Source: a virus. Taken from it: DNA of 64,000 nt. The DNA lies in IMG/VR virus record IMGVR_UViG_3300043446_000435, positions 21,441-85,440 of that record; one strand, 5' to 3'. Position numbers and translations under genes: made by a program. The notes under the pieces are model-generated. The model saw only the letters and a program-made list of their open reading frames with translations. It searched no databases and was not told the DNA's origin. Below are positions 34,963 to 44,016 of this stretch, in pieces; position 1 is the stretch's first letter, and the number at the start of each line of letters is the position of its first letter.

Positions 34963-35553
34963 ATGAAAGTCTATATTGGTCCTTATACAAACTGGGTTGG
35001 TCCTTATCAGATCGCTGATTTCATTTTCTTCTGGGTCAACAAGAACGGGATCTACGCTGATGATCCTCCGATCTTTAGTCGTTGGGACTACAAGCTCCAT
35101 GAAAAGGTTGGCGATTGGCTTGCTGACATCGAATGGCTGAATAAACTATGCAGCTGGATTGAGTCAAAGAAAGAGCGCAAGATCAAGATTCGTATTGACA
35201 AATATGATACTTGGTCACTGGATCATACGCTCGCGCTCATCGTTCATCCGATGCTTGTTCAGCTCCGCGAGTGCAATCACGGCTATTTCACTTCAGATCC
35301 AGACGACGCTCCGCATATTGGTAAGGGTGATGAAGTCGACTTTGGTCATAACGATTCGCTCGCGTATGATCGCTACAAGTGGATTATGGATGAACTGATC
35401 TGGACGTTCGAACAGCTGAAGAACGACAACGACTACGATTTGTTCTATAACAAAGAAACTGGTTGGGATTTCGAAGCTACCAAAGCGCACAATGATCGTA
35501 TTGCGAATGGACTTCGTCTCTTTGGTAAGTATTATCGTTCGCTGTGGGACTAA
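34963..35553 (+). CDS. conserved phage hypothetical protein
   Basis: IDKYDTWSLDHTLA, GLRLFGKYYRSLWD. Confidence 0.8.
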   Translation: MKVYIGPYTNWVGPYQIADFIFFWVNKNGIYADDPPIFSRWDYKLHEKVGDWLADIEWLNKLCSWIESKKERKIKIRIDKYDTWSLDHTLALIVHPMLVQLRECNHGYFTSDPDDAPHIGKGDEVDFGHNDSLAYDRYKWIMDELIWTFEQLKNDNDYDLFYNKETGWDFEATKAHNDRIANGLRLFGKYYRSLWD

Positions 35554-35555
35554 GA

Positions 35556-36182
35556 ATGAATATCGCTTTTGCTGGATGCAGCTACACGACAGGTACTGAG
35601 TTAGATAATCCAGAAAAAGACAGATGGTCTAAAGTCTTGTGCGACGAGATCGGTGCTACAGAATATAACTTTGGCAAGTCTGGTTCTTCGAACGAAATGA
35701 TCTGTATGTCTGTGTTCGAGGATATTCTGTCTAAGCCAGATATAGATTTCCTGGTTGTTCAGTTTACTTCGTGTCTAAGATTCAGTATGGCAACAGACGA
35801 TCTGATTCTTTCGGTCGGTCCGAATCAACGAGGCAGAAACACTACAGAAGAACTGATCTGTAAGATACTGTATTCGGATGGAGAGTTTGGTAACACGAAT
35901 TGGTATAAACTATTCAGATGGAAAGCTGTTGCTCTACATCATCTACTGAACGAAAGAAACATGAATCATATGTTTTTGTTCATGTTAGATAATGAGTCCA
36001 AGAAAATGAAAAACGATAAAATGGTTCCACAATCGTTTCGAGATCGCAGCCTGTTCATAGGCATGAGGGAATACTGCATACACAATGATCTTAAACTTGG
36101 AGCCAAACGTCATCCATTAGAAAAGGCAAGTTCTGCTCTTGCCAAAGATCTAATCTTACCTAAGATGAAAGAATTACTATGA
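35556..36182 (+). CDS. SGNH-like hypothetical protein
   Basis: FAGCSYT, NFGKSGSSN, VVQFT, RHP. Confidence 0.65.
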   Translation: MNIAFAGCSYTTGTELDNPEKDRWSKVLCDEIGATEYNFGKSGSSNEMICMSVFEDILSKPDIDFLVVQFTSCLRFSMATDDLILSVGPNQRGRNTTEELICKILYSDGEFGNTNWYKLFRWKAVALHHLLNERNMNHMFLFMLDNESKKMKNDKMVPQSFRDRSLFIGMREYCIHNDLKLGAKRHPLEKASSALAKDLILPKMKELL

Positions 36183-36292
36183 TTTGGTTCTTAGTCAAAT
36201 ACTACGCCAGCAGAGTATGGTACAAGATCACATTCCGTGAACATCCAATCGAGAAAGCTCGTAAGCAGGATCCGTTTATCTATGAAGAATAA
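36179..36292 (+). CDS. 37 aa peptide with a DPFIY motif (not in the ORF track)
   Basis: MIWFLVKYY...RKQDPFIYEE; such peptides often precede carbamoyltransferases. Confidence 0.6.
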   Translation: MIWFLVKYYASRVWYKITFREHPIEKARKQDPFIYEE

Positions 36293-37133
36293 GTATGTGG
36301 GCTTCACTCAGGGATTCCACACAGAATCCCTTGCCATAATTGATGAAGATGGGAACTGCGAGTTTCATCCTCGCGGCTTTGATCCCTCGATTGTAGATAC
36401 AGATAACATCGCGTTCTTCGAACGTCCATATCTCAAGAAAACGCGACAGCTATTCGCTGGACAATATAAGTCAGCGCTGGCTCCGCTCAATCTAAAGCTC
36501 AAGCCAAAGAAATACTTCGCGCATCATTTGTGTCATGCTGCGAATGCGTTTCAGCAATCCAACTACACGAGCGCAAGAGTTGTTGTAGCAGATTCTATTG
36601 GTGAGTGGGATACAGTTAGCATTTGGGATGCTCACTACGATCATTATGGTTACGCACAATACGAAAAGATCCTTTCATACAAATATCCTTTCAGCGTTGG
36701 TCTTTTCTATAGCTCTATCACACAGCTATGCGGATTCAAGCCAAACGCTGAAGAAGGAAAGTTGATGGAGCTTTCCAAGCTAGGAAAGTTGAGTGAAGAT
36801 CTTAATGATCTCATGTTCAAGCAGCTATACGAAATGAATAATCATCGTGGTTGTTCTGGTATGTATCCTTACTATAGCAAAGAAGATATCGCAGCCGGCG
36901 CACAACACACAATAGAAAAGTTTTTGAGATCCTTCTTCAAGGATTCTAAGAATTGTTGTTTCGCTGGCGGAGTTGCGCTCAACAAATTATTCGTTGACAA
37001 GTTGCAAACTATGCACTATAATATATTCGTACCTGAAAATCCTGGTGATCCTGGCTCTGCGATTGGTGCGGCTGCTTTGCTTTATGGGAGAAAGATATGT
37101 TCTATGAAAACTGTGGAAACGACAAGCCACTAA
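36282..37133 (+). CDS. carbamoyltransferase (NodU/CmcH) N-terminal Kae1-like domain only
   Basis: HHLCHAANAF, DSIGEWDT, SVGLFYS, EGKLM, FAGGVALN, PGDPGSAIGAA; no C-terminal YrdC-like domain. Confidence 0.85.
   Translation: MKNKYVGFTQGFHTESLAIIDEDGNCEFHPRGFDPSIVDTDNIAFFERPYLKKTRQLFAGQYKSALAPLNLKLKPKKYFAHHLCHAANAFQQSNYTSARVVVADSIGEWDTVSIWDAHYDHYGYAQYEKILSYKYPFSVGLFYSSITQLCGFKPNAEEGKLMELSKLGKLSEDLNDLMFKQLYEMNNHRGCSGMYPYYSKEDIAAGAQHTIEKFLRSFFKDSKNCCFAGGVALNKLFVDKLQTMHYNIFVPENPGDPGSAIGAAALLYGRKICSMKTVETTSH
36994..37022 (+). promoter_or_regulatory. internal sigma70-type promoter for kdsA
   Basis: TTGACA-17 nt-TATAAT. Confidence 0.75.
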
Positions 37134-37921
37134 GCATTATCGCTGGTCCGTGTGTGTTTGAATCTAAGGATCATGCTGTAGAAACTGCGCTCGCGCTACG
37201 CGAAGCCTGTATCAGAGTCGGGCATAAGTTCGACAGAGAAATCAACTTCATTTATAAGACCTCTTTCGATAAGGCTAATCGAAGCTCTGCTGATAGTTAC
37301 AGAAGTGCAGGATTCGACGAAGCCTTTTACGGAATGGAGGCCGTCCGTGGTCGAGGAATCGAAGTTCTCACGGACGTTCACGATGCGTGGCAATGTGAAC
37401 AGGTGCAAGCTGATATCCTACAGATCCCTGCATTCCTTTGCCGACAGACTGATCTTATTCGCGCAGCAGCAGAAAGTGGTAAGCCTGTGAACGTGAAGAA
37501 AGGTCAGTTCTTATCTCCGTGGGAAATGAAGAACGTTGCTGAGAAGCTGCGGAAGTTTGGCTGTGACAAGTATATGTTCACGGAGCGTGGTACGACGTTT
37601 GGTTATAATAATCTAGTCGTCGATATGCGTTCGCTTGAAGTGATGAAGCAATATACCAAAGCTGTCGTTATGGACTGCACTCACGCAGTGCAGCTCCCAG
37701 GCGGTAATGGCACTAGCTCTGGTGGTCAGCGTCAGTATGTTTCAACTATGGCTCGCGCTGCTGTTGCTGTTGGTGTAGCTGCATTGTTCATGGAAGTTCA
37801 TGAATCGCCAGACAATGCGCCTTCTGATGGTCCGAACATGATTTACCTTGACAGCTTCGAGCAAATGATATATGATTTAATAGAATTGGATTATATCTCA
37901 AAGCGGAGCTTGAGGAGATGA
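37097..37921 (+). CDS. kdsA: 3-deoxy-D-manno-octulosonate 8-phosphate synthase
   Basis: IAGPCV, KTSFDKANRSS, QIPAFLCRQTDL, VKKGQFL, ERGTTFGYNNLVVD, SDGPN. Confidence 0.96.
   Translation: MFYENCGNDKPLSIIAGPCVFESKDHAVETALALREACIRVGHKFDREINFIYKTSFDKANRSSADSYRSAGFDEAFYGMEAVRGRGIEVLTDVHDAWQCEQVQADILQIPAFLCRQTDLIRAAAESGKPVNVKKGQFLSPWEMKNVAEKLRKFGCDKYMFTERGTTFGYNNLVVDMRSLEVMKQYTKAVVMDCTHAVQLPGGNGTSSGGQRQYVSTMARAAVAVGVAALFMEVHESPDNAPSDGPNMIYLDSFEQMIYDLIELDYISKRSLRR
37848..37876 (+). promoter_or_regulatory. internal sigma70-type promoter
   Basis: TTGACA-17 nt-TATGAT. Confidence 0.7.
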
Positions 37922-38352
37922 ATCGACGTGGTGTTCTTGGTATGCTTGGTCTTGGCGCAGCTGCTGGTCCTGCCGTTGCAAAAGAGGTGATCTATCAAAC
38001 ATCGTATCCATCACCAGGATTATCTACGCCTGCAATCCTATCAACTGCTGCAGATTCACCCATTCCGTGGGATCCAGTCGAAAGTCTTGCGCGAGCAAAA
38101 GCAGAATACGAAATGGTGACTAGTGATCCTTCTGCTTGGATTGCTGATTATATTGCTCGCGAATACGAAGATTATGTAAGCGGATATTCTTCTATTCGTT
38201 TAGATAGCATCGATCCAGATATTCGCAATATGAAGTCAATATCGGAATCAGCAAAGATTCGGATGTGGATCACTCGTAAGGCTCAACGTCGTTATGAAGC
38301 AAACAAAAATAGTCTGTTCATGCGTATTCAAGAATTGTTGAAGGAAGTCTGA
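37918..38352 (+). CDS. hypothetical protein with a twin-arginine-like signal
   Basis: MNRRGVLGMLGLGAAAGPAVA. Confidence 0.7.
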   Translation: MNRRGVLGMLGLGAAAGPAVAKEVIYQTSYPSPGLSTPAILSTAADSPIPWDPVESLARAKAEYEMVTSDPSAWIADYIAREYEDYVSGYSSIRLDSIDPDIRNMKSISESAKIRMWITRKAQRRYEANKNSLFMRIQELLKEV

Positions 38353-38888
38353 TGGGAAATATCGTAGGTAAGGTTTGGGGTGACACGAGCGTTCTTATTC
38401 AGAATCCGCTTGTTGAGCTTCATAGAATCAATACAAAAGCTGGCTACAAATGTTCGGAGCATAAGCATGCACACAAATGGAACGGATTCTACGTCATCTC
38501 AGGAACCATGGAAATCCATGTTCGAAAAGGTGATTACGATCTCACCGACGTTACTGTTCTCAGAGCAGGTGACTTTACCACTGTTCGTCCTGGCGAGTAT
38601 CATTGGTTCAGCAGCATCACAGATTGCGCTGCGCTAGAACTCTACTATCCAGAGACTTTGTCTGAAGATATCCAGCGCAAGAGCGTTGGTGGTCTTGATA
38701 CTAGTCCTATTTCTATTCATCAGCGGAAACATCAGTATTACGAAAAGTTGAAGGAAACAAAATCTCCTTGCGTTTCTATCTGTAAACTTGATGAAGTGAC
38801 AGGTAAGTGTGTCGGATGCGGTCGCACTATCGAAGAAATCCAGGATGCTGGTCTCCGCGATGTTCCATATGAAGGATATGATAAATGA
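38352..38888 (+). CDS. cupin domain protein fused to a DUF1289-like Cys cluster
   Basis: KVWG, CSEHKHAHKWNGFYV, PGEYHWF; SPCVSICKLD..CVGCGRTIEEI. Confidence 0.8.
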   Translation: MGNIVGKVWGDTSVLIQNPLVELHRINTKAGYKCSEHKHAHKWNGFYVISGTMEIHVRKGDYDLTDVTVLRAGDFTTVRPGEYHWFSSITDCAALELYYPETLSEDIQRKSVGGLDTSPISIHQRKHQYYEKLKETKSPCVSICKLDEVTGKCVGCGRTIEEIQDAGLRDVPYEGYDK

Positions 38889-39124
38889 CAGATACAGTCG
38901 TTGCTAGTATTATGAGCTCTAATACGTTCATTGCGTTGGTAGAGCAGCGTATCTCCGACAAAGGCATGAGCTATCTTGAAGCCATCACTGACGTCTGTGA
39001 AAAGACTGGGCTTGAGTTTGAGAACGTATCCAAGCTCATGACACCATCTATGCGAAAGCTGCTGCAAGCTGAAGCTATGTCACTCAATATGATTAAACGC
39101 ACTGGATCAAGATTGCCAATCTAA
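38885..39124 (+). CDS. gp33: late transcription coactivator gp33
   Basis: YLEAI...C...GLEFE.V.KL....KL..EA..LN; located upstream of gp59/gp32. Confidence 0.85.
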   Translation: MTDTVVASIMSSNTFIALVEQRISDKGMSYLEAITDVCEKTGLEFENVSKLMTPSMRKLLQAEAMSLNMIKRTGSRLPI

Positions 39125-40404
39125 TGACTGCGAATCTTGAAGAATTTGGTGAATTGGTGAAGCAGAGTATGAACATGCCATACGGAAAAACAAACTACAC
39201 AGTTAGAGATCTTATGGACTGGATCAGATCTATCAATCTGACTGATGTTAAAATTGAACATGTGATGTGGGAAGATTGTTTCCTCATTGGAAATATGAAG
39301 AACGGCCAGACATATAAGATTTCGCGATTTCAACTTGAAGATTCTGCGACTCCGAGAATCGAATTCATCAAAGGTATTGCAGCTGTTCTTAATCTAACGC
39401 ATCAAGAAGTTGTTGAGATGATTCGAGTGAACGAAAGGGAAAAAATCATGGCCGATACTTGGAGTAAGGTCTTCGGTAAAGATTATCACACTGCAATCCT
39501 CGATGATGCGTCTGAGTCTGTTTCCGCTGGTCCTATTACAGGCGCAACATATATTGCTCCTGTTCCTGCTAACAGCTGGGTTACTATAGGTAACGGTGGA
39601 AGCGGTGGAGCAGGTGGAGCAGTAGGTGCTTTGAATAATTGGATGCACACTAACTATAATTTAGACGGAACTATCATGCACGATATGCCAGAACTTGAAG
39701 CTGAAGCAGAACAGCAACTTCAAAGAGATCTTATGAGGAATCGTTTGTTCAATAAGCAAGAACGAGAAGAGCTGGAAAAAGTCAAACAGAAAGTCCTTTG
39801 GCATTTCAAGCAGTTTCGTCTCAATGAAGAAATGTCTATCCCATTCAAGTTTAATAAACTGATTATCGCTGGTGGTTGTTTCGCTTCGTTTCTGAACGGC
39901 GAAGAGCCAAGAGACTTTGACGTATTCCTGCTCGAAGATGAGTATAATCGCAAACTCGCTAAGGGTGTTGCAGATAGTTATAAATCAGAAGATCCTATTC
40001 AGATTCCGATCTCAAAGGTTCCAGTCAATCCTCCAGGCGCAAATACGATTGCTGGTTATATCTCGCTGGGTCCGAAGAAAAACGATCGCGTGAGAGTTGG
40101 TAATTCTAACTACATGCAAAACGACAAGATCGAGCAGACTGTGTTCTTTCAAGATAGCAAGTTCCAATACATCACGACTCAGTATAAGACTCGTGAAGAA
40201 CTGATCGGTCACTTCGATTTCAAACATTGCTGCGTGTCGTATAGCTTTGCTACAGATAAGCTCTACATCACACGCGAAGTTTACGATCTCATCAAGTCTA
40301 AGAAACTCGTTCAGAACGGCGACAGAATCCCAGCTGGTTGGCGTTTCGATAAATTCCAAGAGCGCGGCTGGAAACACGAGCCTCTTGACGTAATGTTTCT
40401 CTGA
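39124..40404 (+). CDS. multidomain protein with a C-terminal nucleotidyltransferase (poly(A) polymerase/CCA head-like)
   Basis: IIAGGCFAS....EPRDFDVF, FQYI, HFDFKHC, R..KF.ERGW. Confidence 0.7.
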   Translation: MTANLEEFGELVKQSMNMPYGKTNYTVRDLMDWIRSINLTDVKIEHVMWEDCFLIGNMKNGQTYKISRFQLEDSATPRIEFIKGIAAVLNLTHQEVVEMIRVNEREKIMADTWSKVFGKDYHTAILDDASESVSAGPITGATYIAPVPANSWVTIGNGGSGGAGGAVGALNNWMHTNYNLDGTIMHDMPELEAEAEQQLQRDLMRNRLFNKQEREELEKVKQKVLWHFKQFRLNEEMSIPFKFNKLIIAGGCFASFLNGEEPRDFDVFLLEDEYNRKLAKGVADSYKSEDPIQIPISKVPVNPPGANTIAGYISLGPKKNDRVRVGNSNYMQNDKIEQTVFFQDSKFQYITTQYKTREELIGHFDFKHCCVSYSFATDKLYITREVYDLIKSKKLVQNGDRIPAGWRFDKFQERGWKHEPLDVMFL

Positions 40405-41000
40405 TGGAAGGGATGAAAGCATACAGTCGCTATCAAGCACTCAAGCTGCACTTTACTAGCGACTATGACTTTGTAAAGTATTCTGGTAAGATCCGCAAGA
40501 TCAGTGAAGAATCGTTCCTGAAGCGCAAAGATCAGTATCTCTTTCGCAAACTGGAACGTAAGTATGACGACGAAGGACTCACAGATTTCTTTGTCGCCAA
40601 CTTTGTCTCCAACGCAGGAGTTCGTTGGGTTGGAGAAATGAATGGTCCTGAGTCTGAGAAGATATATCTTAACTGGCAGAAACGTATGGAAGCTTTTTCA
40701 TACTATCTGAAGCAAGACTTGGAAACCATTCTGGATGAATGCAATAACAGCGTAAGCCGTATTCTACTGGTTGAATCAACACATCCAGTTCTATTGAAGA
40801 TGTATATGGCGGGAAAGATTGCAGCTGAAACTGTTATCGCGTTCGACATAGCCTTTGACGTTCTTGACAAATGGAACAACGAGATTACTGACACGATCGT
40901 ATGGCCAGAGCTATACCTTCAACTCAGTAAGTATCGACCATTCGTTAGAGTCGATAAGTCTGTGATAAAAAAAGTGATGCGTGAAGTGTTTTCGTCTTGA
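40404..41000 (+). CDS. gp59: helicase loader gp59
   Basis: YQALKLHFT..YDFVKY.GK, KRKDQYLF.KL, KY.PF. Confidence 0.92.
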   Translation: MEGMKAYSRYQALKLHFTSDYDFVKYSGKIRKISEESFLKRKDQYLFRKLERKYDDEGLTDFFVANFVSNAGVRWVGEMNGPESEKIYLNWQKRMEAFSYYLKQDLETILDECNNSVSRILLVESTHPVLLKMYMAGKIAAETVIAFDIAFDVLDKWNNEITDTIVWPELYLQLSKYRPFVRVDKSVIKKVMREVFSS

Positions 41001-41074
41001 CGACACGCTATATAATACTATATCATGATTAAGTGGATAAGACGTTATACAACACATACAACGGAGACATACAT

Positions 41075-41980
41075 ATGAACGAATCTTTTTCTGCCCTCAA
41101 GCGTCAGCGCAATTCTTCGCTGGAGCGTCTCACCAAAGAAATCAATAAGCTCGCCAACAAGGAACAAGGTTCCAAGGAGGACGATCGTTATTGGCAGCCT
41201 GAAGTTGATAAGGCTGGTAATGGTTACGCTATCATTCGCTTCCTTCCTGCTCCACAGAATGAAGAACTTCCTTGGGTCCGTATCTGGAATCATGGTTTCC
41301 AGGGTCCCGGTGGCTGGTACATTGAGAACTCACTGACGACTCTCAATCAGCCTGATCCTGTTGCTGAAATGAATTCCAAGCTCTGGAATTCTGGCAACGA
41401 CAAGGATAAGGAAATTGCTCGTGCGCGCAAGCGCCGTCTGAGCTACATCGCAAACATCTACGTTGTCAAGGATCCTGCTCATCCTGAGAACGAAGGTAAG
41501 GTATTCCTCTACAAGTTCGGTAAGAAGATCTTTGATAAGATCAACGAAAAGATGAATCCTGAGTTTGACGATGAAAAGCCACTCAATCCTTTTGATCTGT
41601 GGGCTGGTGCTAACTTCAAGCTGAAGATCCGTAAAGTCGAAGGCTATCGCAATTACGATAAGTCTGAGTTCGAAGAGCCGGCTCCGCTGCTCGACGATGA
41701 TGATGACATGGAAGCAGTTTGGAAGTCACAGCATTCTTTGGCAGAACTGGTATCTGCTGATAAGTTCAAGAGCTATGATGAACTGAAGCGTCGTTTGGAA
41801 AAGGTTCTGTCCGAACCAAACGCTCGTAAGTCTGAGGATGACGAAGTCCCTTTTGAGCGTTCAGCTCCGCGTCCGTCTGCGGCTGCTGCTGTTGGTAAGA
41901 CGGCTGCTCCTAAGAAACTCAAGACTGACGATGATGATGACTTGGAGTTCTTCAACAAGCTCGCTGAGGATGACGAATAA
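41075..41980 (+). CDS. gp32: single-stranded DNA-binding protein gp32
   Basis: DDRYW, GNGYAIIRFLP, WYIENSLTT, FGKKIFDKI, YRNYDKSEF, acidic tail; GGAG RBS. Confidence 0.97.
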   Translation: MNESFSALKRQRNSSLERLTKEINKLANKEQGSKEDDRYWQPEVDKAGNGYAIIRFLPAPQNEELPWVRIWNHGFQGPGGWYIENSLTTLNQPDPVAEMNSKLWNSGNDKDKEIARARKRRLSYIANIYVVKDPAHPENEGKVFLYKFGKKIFDKINEKMNPEFDDEKPLNPFDLWAGANFKLKIRKVEGYRNYDKSEFEEPAPLLDDDDDMEAVWKSQHSLAELVSADKFKSYDELKRRLEKVLSEPNARKSEDDEVPFERSAPRPSAAAAVGKTAAPKKLKTDDDDDLEFFNKLAEDDE

Positions 41981-42015
41981 TCACAGGGCTTATTCCTTTC
42001 ACCTGTGATTGAACT

Positions 42016-42042
42016 GGGAGAGCTTCGGCTCTCCCTTTTTTA
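42016..42042 (+). terminator. rho-independent terminator
   Basis: GGGAGAGC-TTCG-GCTCTCCC followed by a T-run, between convergent genes; a second hairpin lies at 41979-42010. Confidence 0.92.
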
Positions 42043-44016
42043 TTGATACTCCATCGTTTGCTTCGCAAGATACTCTTTAATCTTATCGTTCTGCGCATTC
42101 ATTGGTAAGTTTTGTCCAGACATCACACTCGTTTCACCAGGAGTTGAACTACCAATATTCTGTGTTGAAGAGTTACTCATAACGATAGGACCTGCGTCTC
42201 CTGCAGAAGCTTCTGGTGTAGGAGGTGGAGCGGGAGGAGTAGATGGAGCTGGAGGTGCAGCTTCTGGTGTTCCTGTTCCTGATGGCGATCCAGTCATTCC
42301 TTCTGCAGAGCCAGCTGTTGCAGTCGCTGCCGGTGCTGATGGCATAGTCGTGGCTGCAGGAGTTCCTGTCGATTCCCCTCCGCCAGTTGGCGCAGCAGCA
42401 GTAGGAGCTGGCGCAGGAGCAGCAGTAGGCGTACCAGCAGCCGATTCTCCTCCTCCTGTTCCTGCTCCTCCTCCGCTAGGAGCTTTCTCAGGAGTACCGG
42501 CACCCTCAGTACCACCAGAAGGCGCAACTGGAGCTTGTTGCTGCTGTTTCTGCTCGGGTCCACCAGCACCTTCAGTTCCACCACCGGCTGGAGCAGCAGG
42601 CGGAGTAGTTGCAGAGGCTCCTGCATTCTCTGTGATTTGTTTGCCACCACTCTGCACATCTGCGCGCAGTTTTCGTGCCATATTGACTTTTTCTTTTTCG
42701 TCGTCGGTCAAATCATTATAGACATCAATCGTTTTACCATCAGATGTAATAGAAGTAGGAACACCGCCTTCAAGTTGTGCTGTTACGTTTGCTGGATTCA
42801 ATCCGTTCTTAGCAGCAAGACCAGCAATTCTTTTATGTTTTGCTTCTGTTTCGTCAAGTCGATCATCAGCAGCTGCTCCAGCTGTTGGAGCTCCCTGACT
42901 TTCTTTTTGTCCTTCTTGCCATGCAGTCAGTGCTAACTTACCATGGAGAGGATCTGCTGCAATGTTATCAGGAAGTGGGATTCCTTTCTTACCCATTTCC
43001 TTATACATTTCTGCTTTCTTAGCTATCTCAGGATCAATATTGTTTGCTGCTGTAGGTGCTCCTTGTTGGGCAGGAGCTTTTCCTGTCATAGTAGGATTGC
43101 TTGCTGGATCCCTAAGAACCTGTTCTGTGTTATCCCACCAGCGTCCATCCTTGAGAGTAATGATATTACCCTTGATGCTTGCGATAACATTCTTAGCTTC
43201 TGAAGGCATCTTAATGATACCTTCGCGCATGAGGAAATCTGGAGGTGATAATTTCTGACGACTAATATCAGCACCAGCATTAGGTGCATTCGCGTCTGCT
43301 TCTGGTCCTTGAATTACTTCTGCTCGTTTAGCGCCAGATGCAATAGTGCGATCAAAGTTTTCGGCACCAAGCGGATCAGCTTCTTGTGCTTGCTTTCTTT
43401 GATAAGCTAATGCGATAAGAGTTCCTGCAACAGCTGTAACAGGAAGCGCTGCGCTACCCGCAAACGCACGAGCACCTTGCATAACCTTTGGACCATATTT
43501 CTTAGCTAGATCAAACGCATCTTTTGCTGTTTCAGCAAGACTAGCCAAGTCTAACATAGAATCTAAGAATGATTTCTTTTCTTCTGGAGGCGGAGGCGTA
43601 TCTGTTGTAGCAGCACCCTTTTCGCTTTCCTTAACTAGATTCCCAATAGTCGTGGGTTTGTCAGACGCAGGAACAGGTGTAAGCATAATAGAACGTAAGA
43701 AATCCATTCTACTTTGATTAAGTTGTTCGTTCACATCACGGAAACGTCTTGTAATATCACGATTCAGATCGCGCGTATTCTTAATCAAGTTTTCAAATGA
43801 TTTCATAATGTTCTTAGAAAGATCGCGCAGTTTGTTTAGCTCTTTACCGATAATATCAATAGAGCCGATCATAGATCTGAATATGTCTTTGTTCAGGAAG
43901 TCTGACGATACTTGTTCGACATTATCGTTAGCATTAGCAGGCGATTTACCAAAGAACGCACTTACACTTGGGCGTTCAAAAGACTGTCCACCAGTAACGA
44001 GTTTAGAAATAGTCAT
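42040..44016 (-). CDS. Ala/Pro/Gly-rich tail/baseplate hub-associated protein
   Basis: 658 aa, coiled-coil N-terminus, low-complexity C-terminus; syntenic with gp26/gp51. Confidence 0.65.
   Translation of the reverse strand: MTISKLVTGGQSFERPSVSAFFGKSPANANDNVEQVSSDFLNKDIFRSMIGSIDIIGKELNKLRDLSKNIMKSFENLIKNTRDLNRDITRRFRDVNEQLNQSRMDFLRSIMLTPVPASDKPTTIGNLVKESEKGAATTDTPPPPEEKKSFLDSMLDLASLAETAKDAFDLAKKYGPKVMQGARAFAGSAALPVTAVAGTLIALAYQRKQAQEADPLGAENFDRTIASGAKRAEVIQGPEADANAPNAGADISRQKLSPPDFLMREGIIKMPSEAKNVIASIKGNIITLKDGRWWDNTEQVLRDPASNPTMTGKAPAQQGAPTAANNIDPEIAKKAEMYKEMGKKGIPLPDNIAADPLHGKLALTAWQEGQKESQGAPTAGAAADDRLDETEAKHKRIAGLAAKNGLNPANVTAQLEGGVPTSITSDGKTIDVYNDLTDDEKEKVNMARKLRADVQSGGKQITENAGASATTPPAAPAGGGTEGAGGPEQKQQQQAPVAPSGGTEGAGTPEKAPSGGGAGTGGGESAAGTPTAAPAPAPTAAAPTGGGESTGTPAATTMPSAPAATATAGSAEGMTGSPSGTGTPEAAPPAPSTPPAPPPTPEASAGDAGPIVMSNSSTQNIGSSTPGETSVMSGQNLPMNAQNDKIKEYLAKQTMEYQ

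Noticed and set aside
31648-41980. Introns or inteins in thyX, phoH or gp32
   Set aside because: Proteins are normal length and uninterrupted; no homing endonuclease motifs seen
43921-43935. ANDN peptide in the hub protein resembling the tmRNA tag start
   Set aside because: Four-residue match in the middle of a CDS with no tmRNA structure; coincidence
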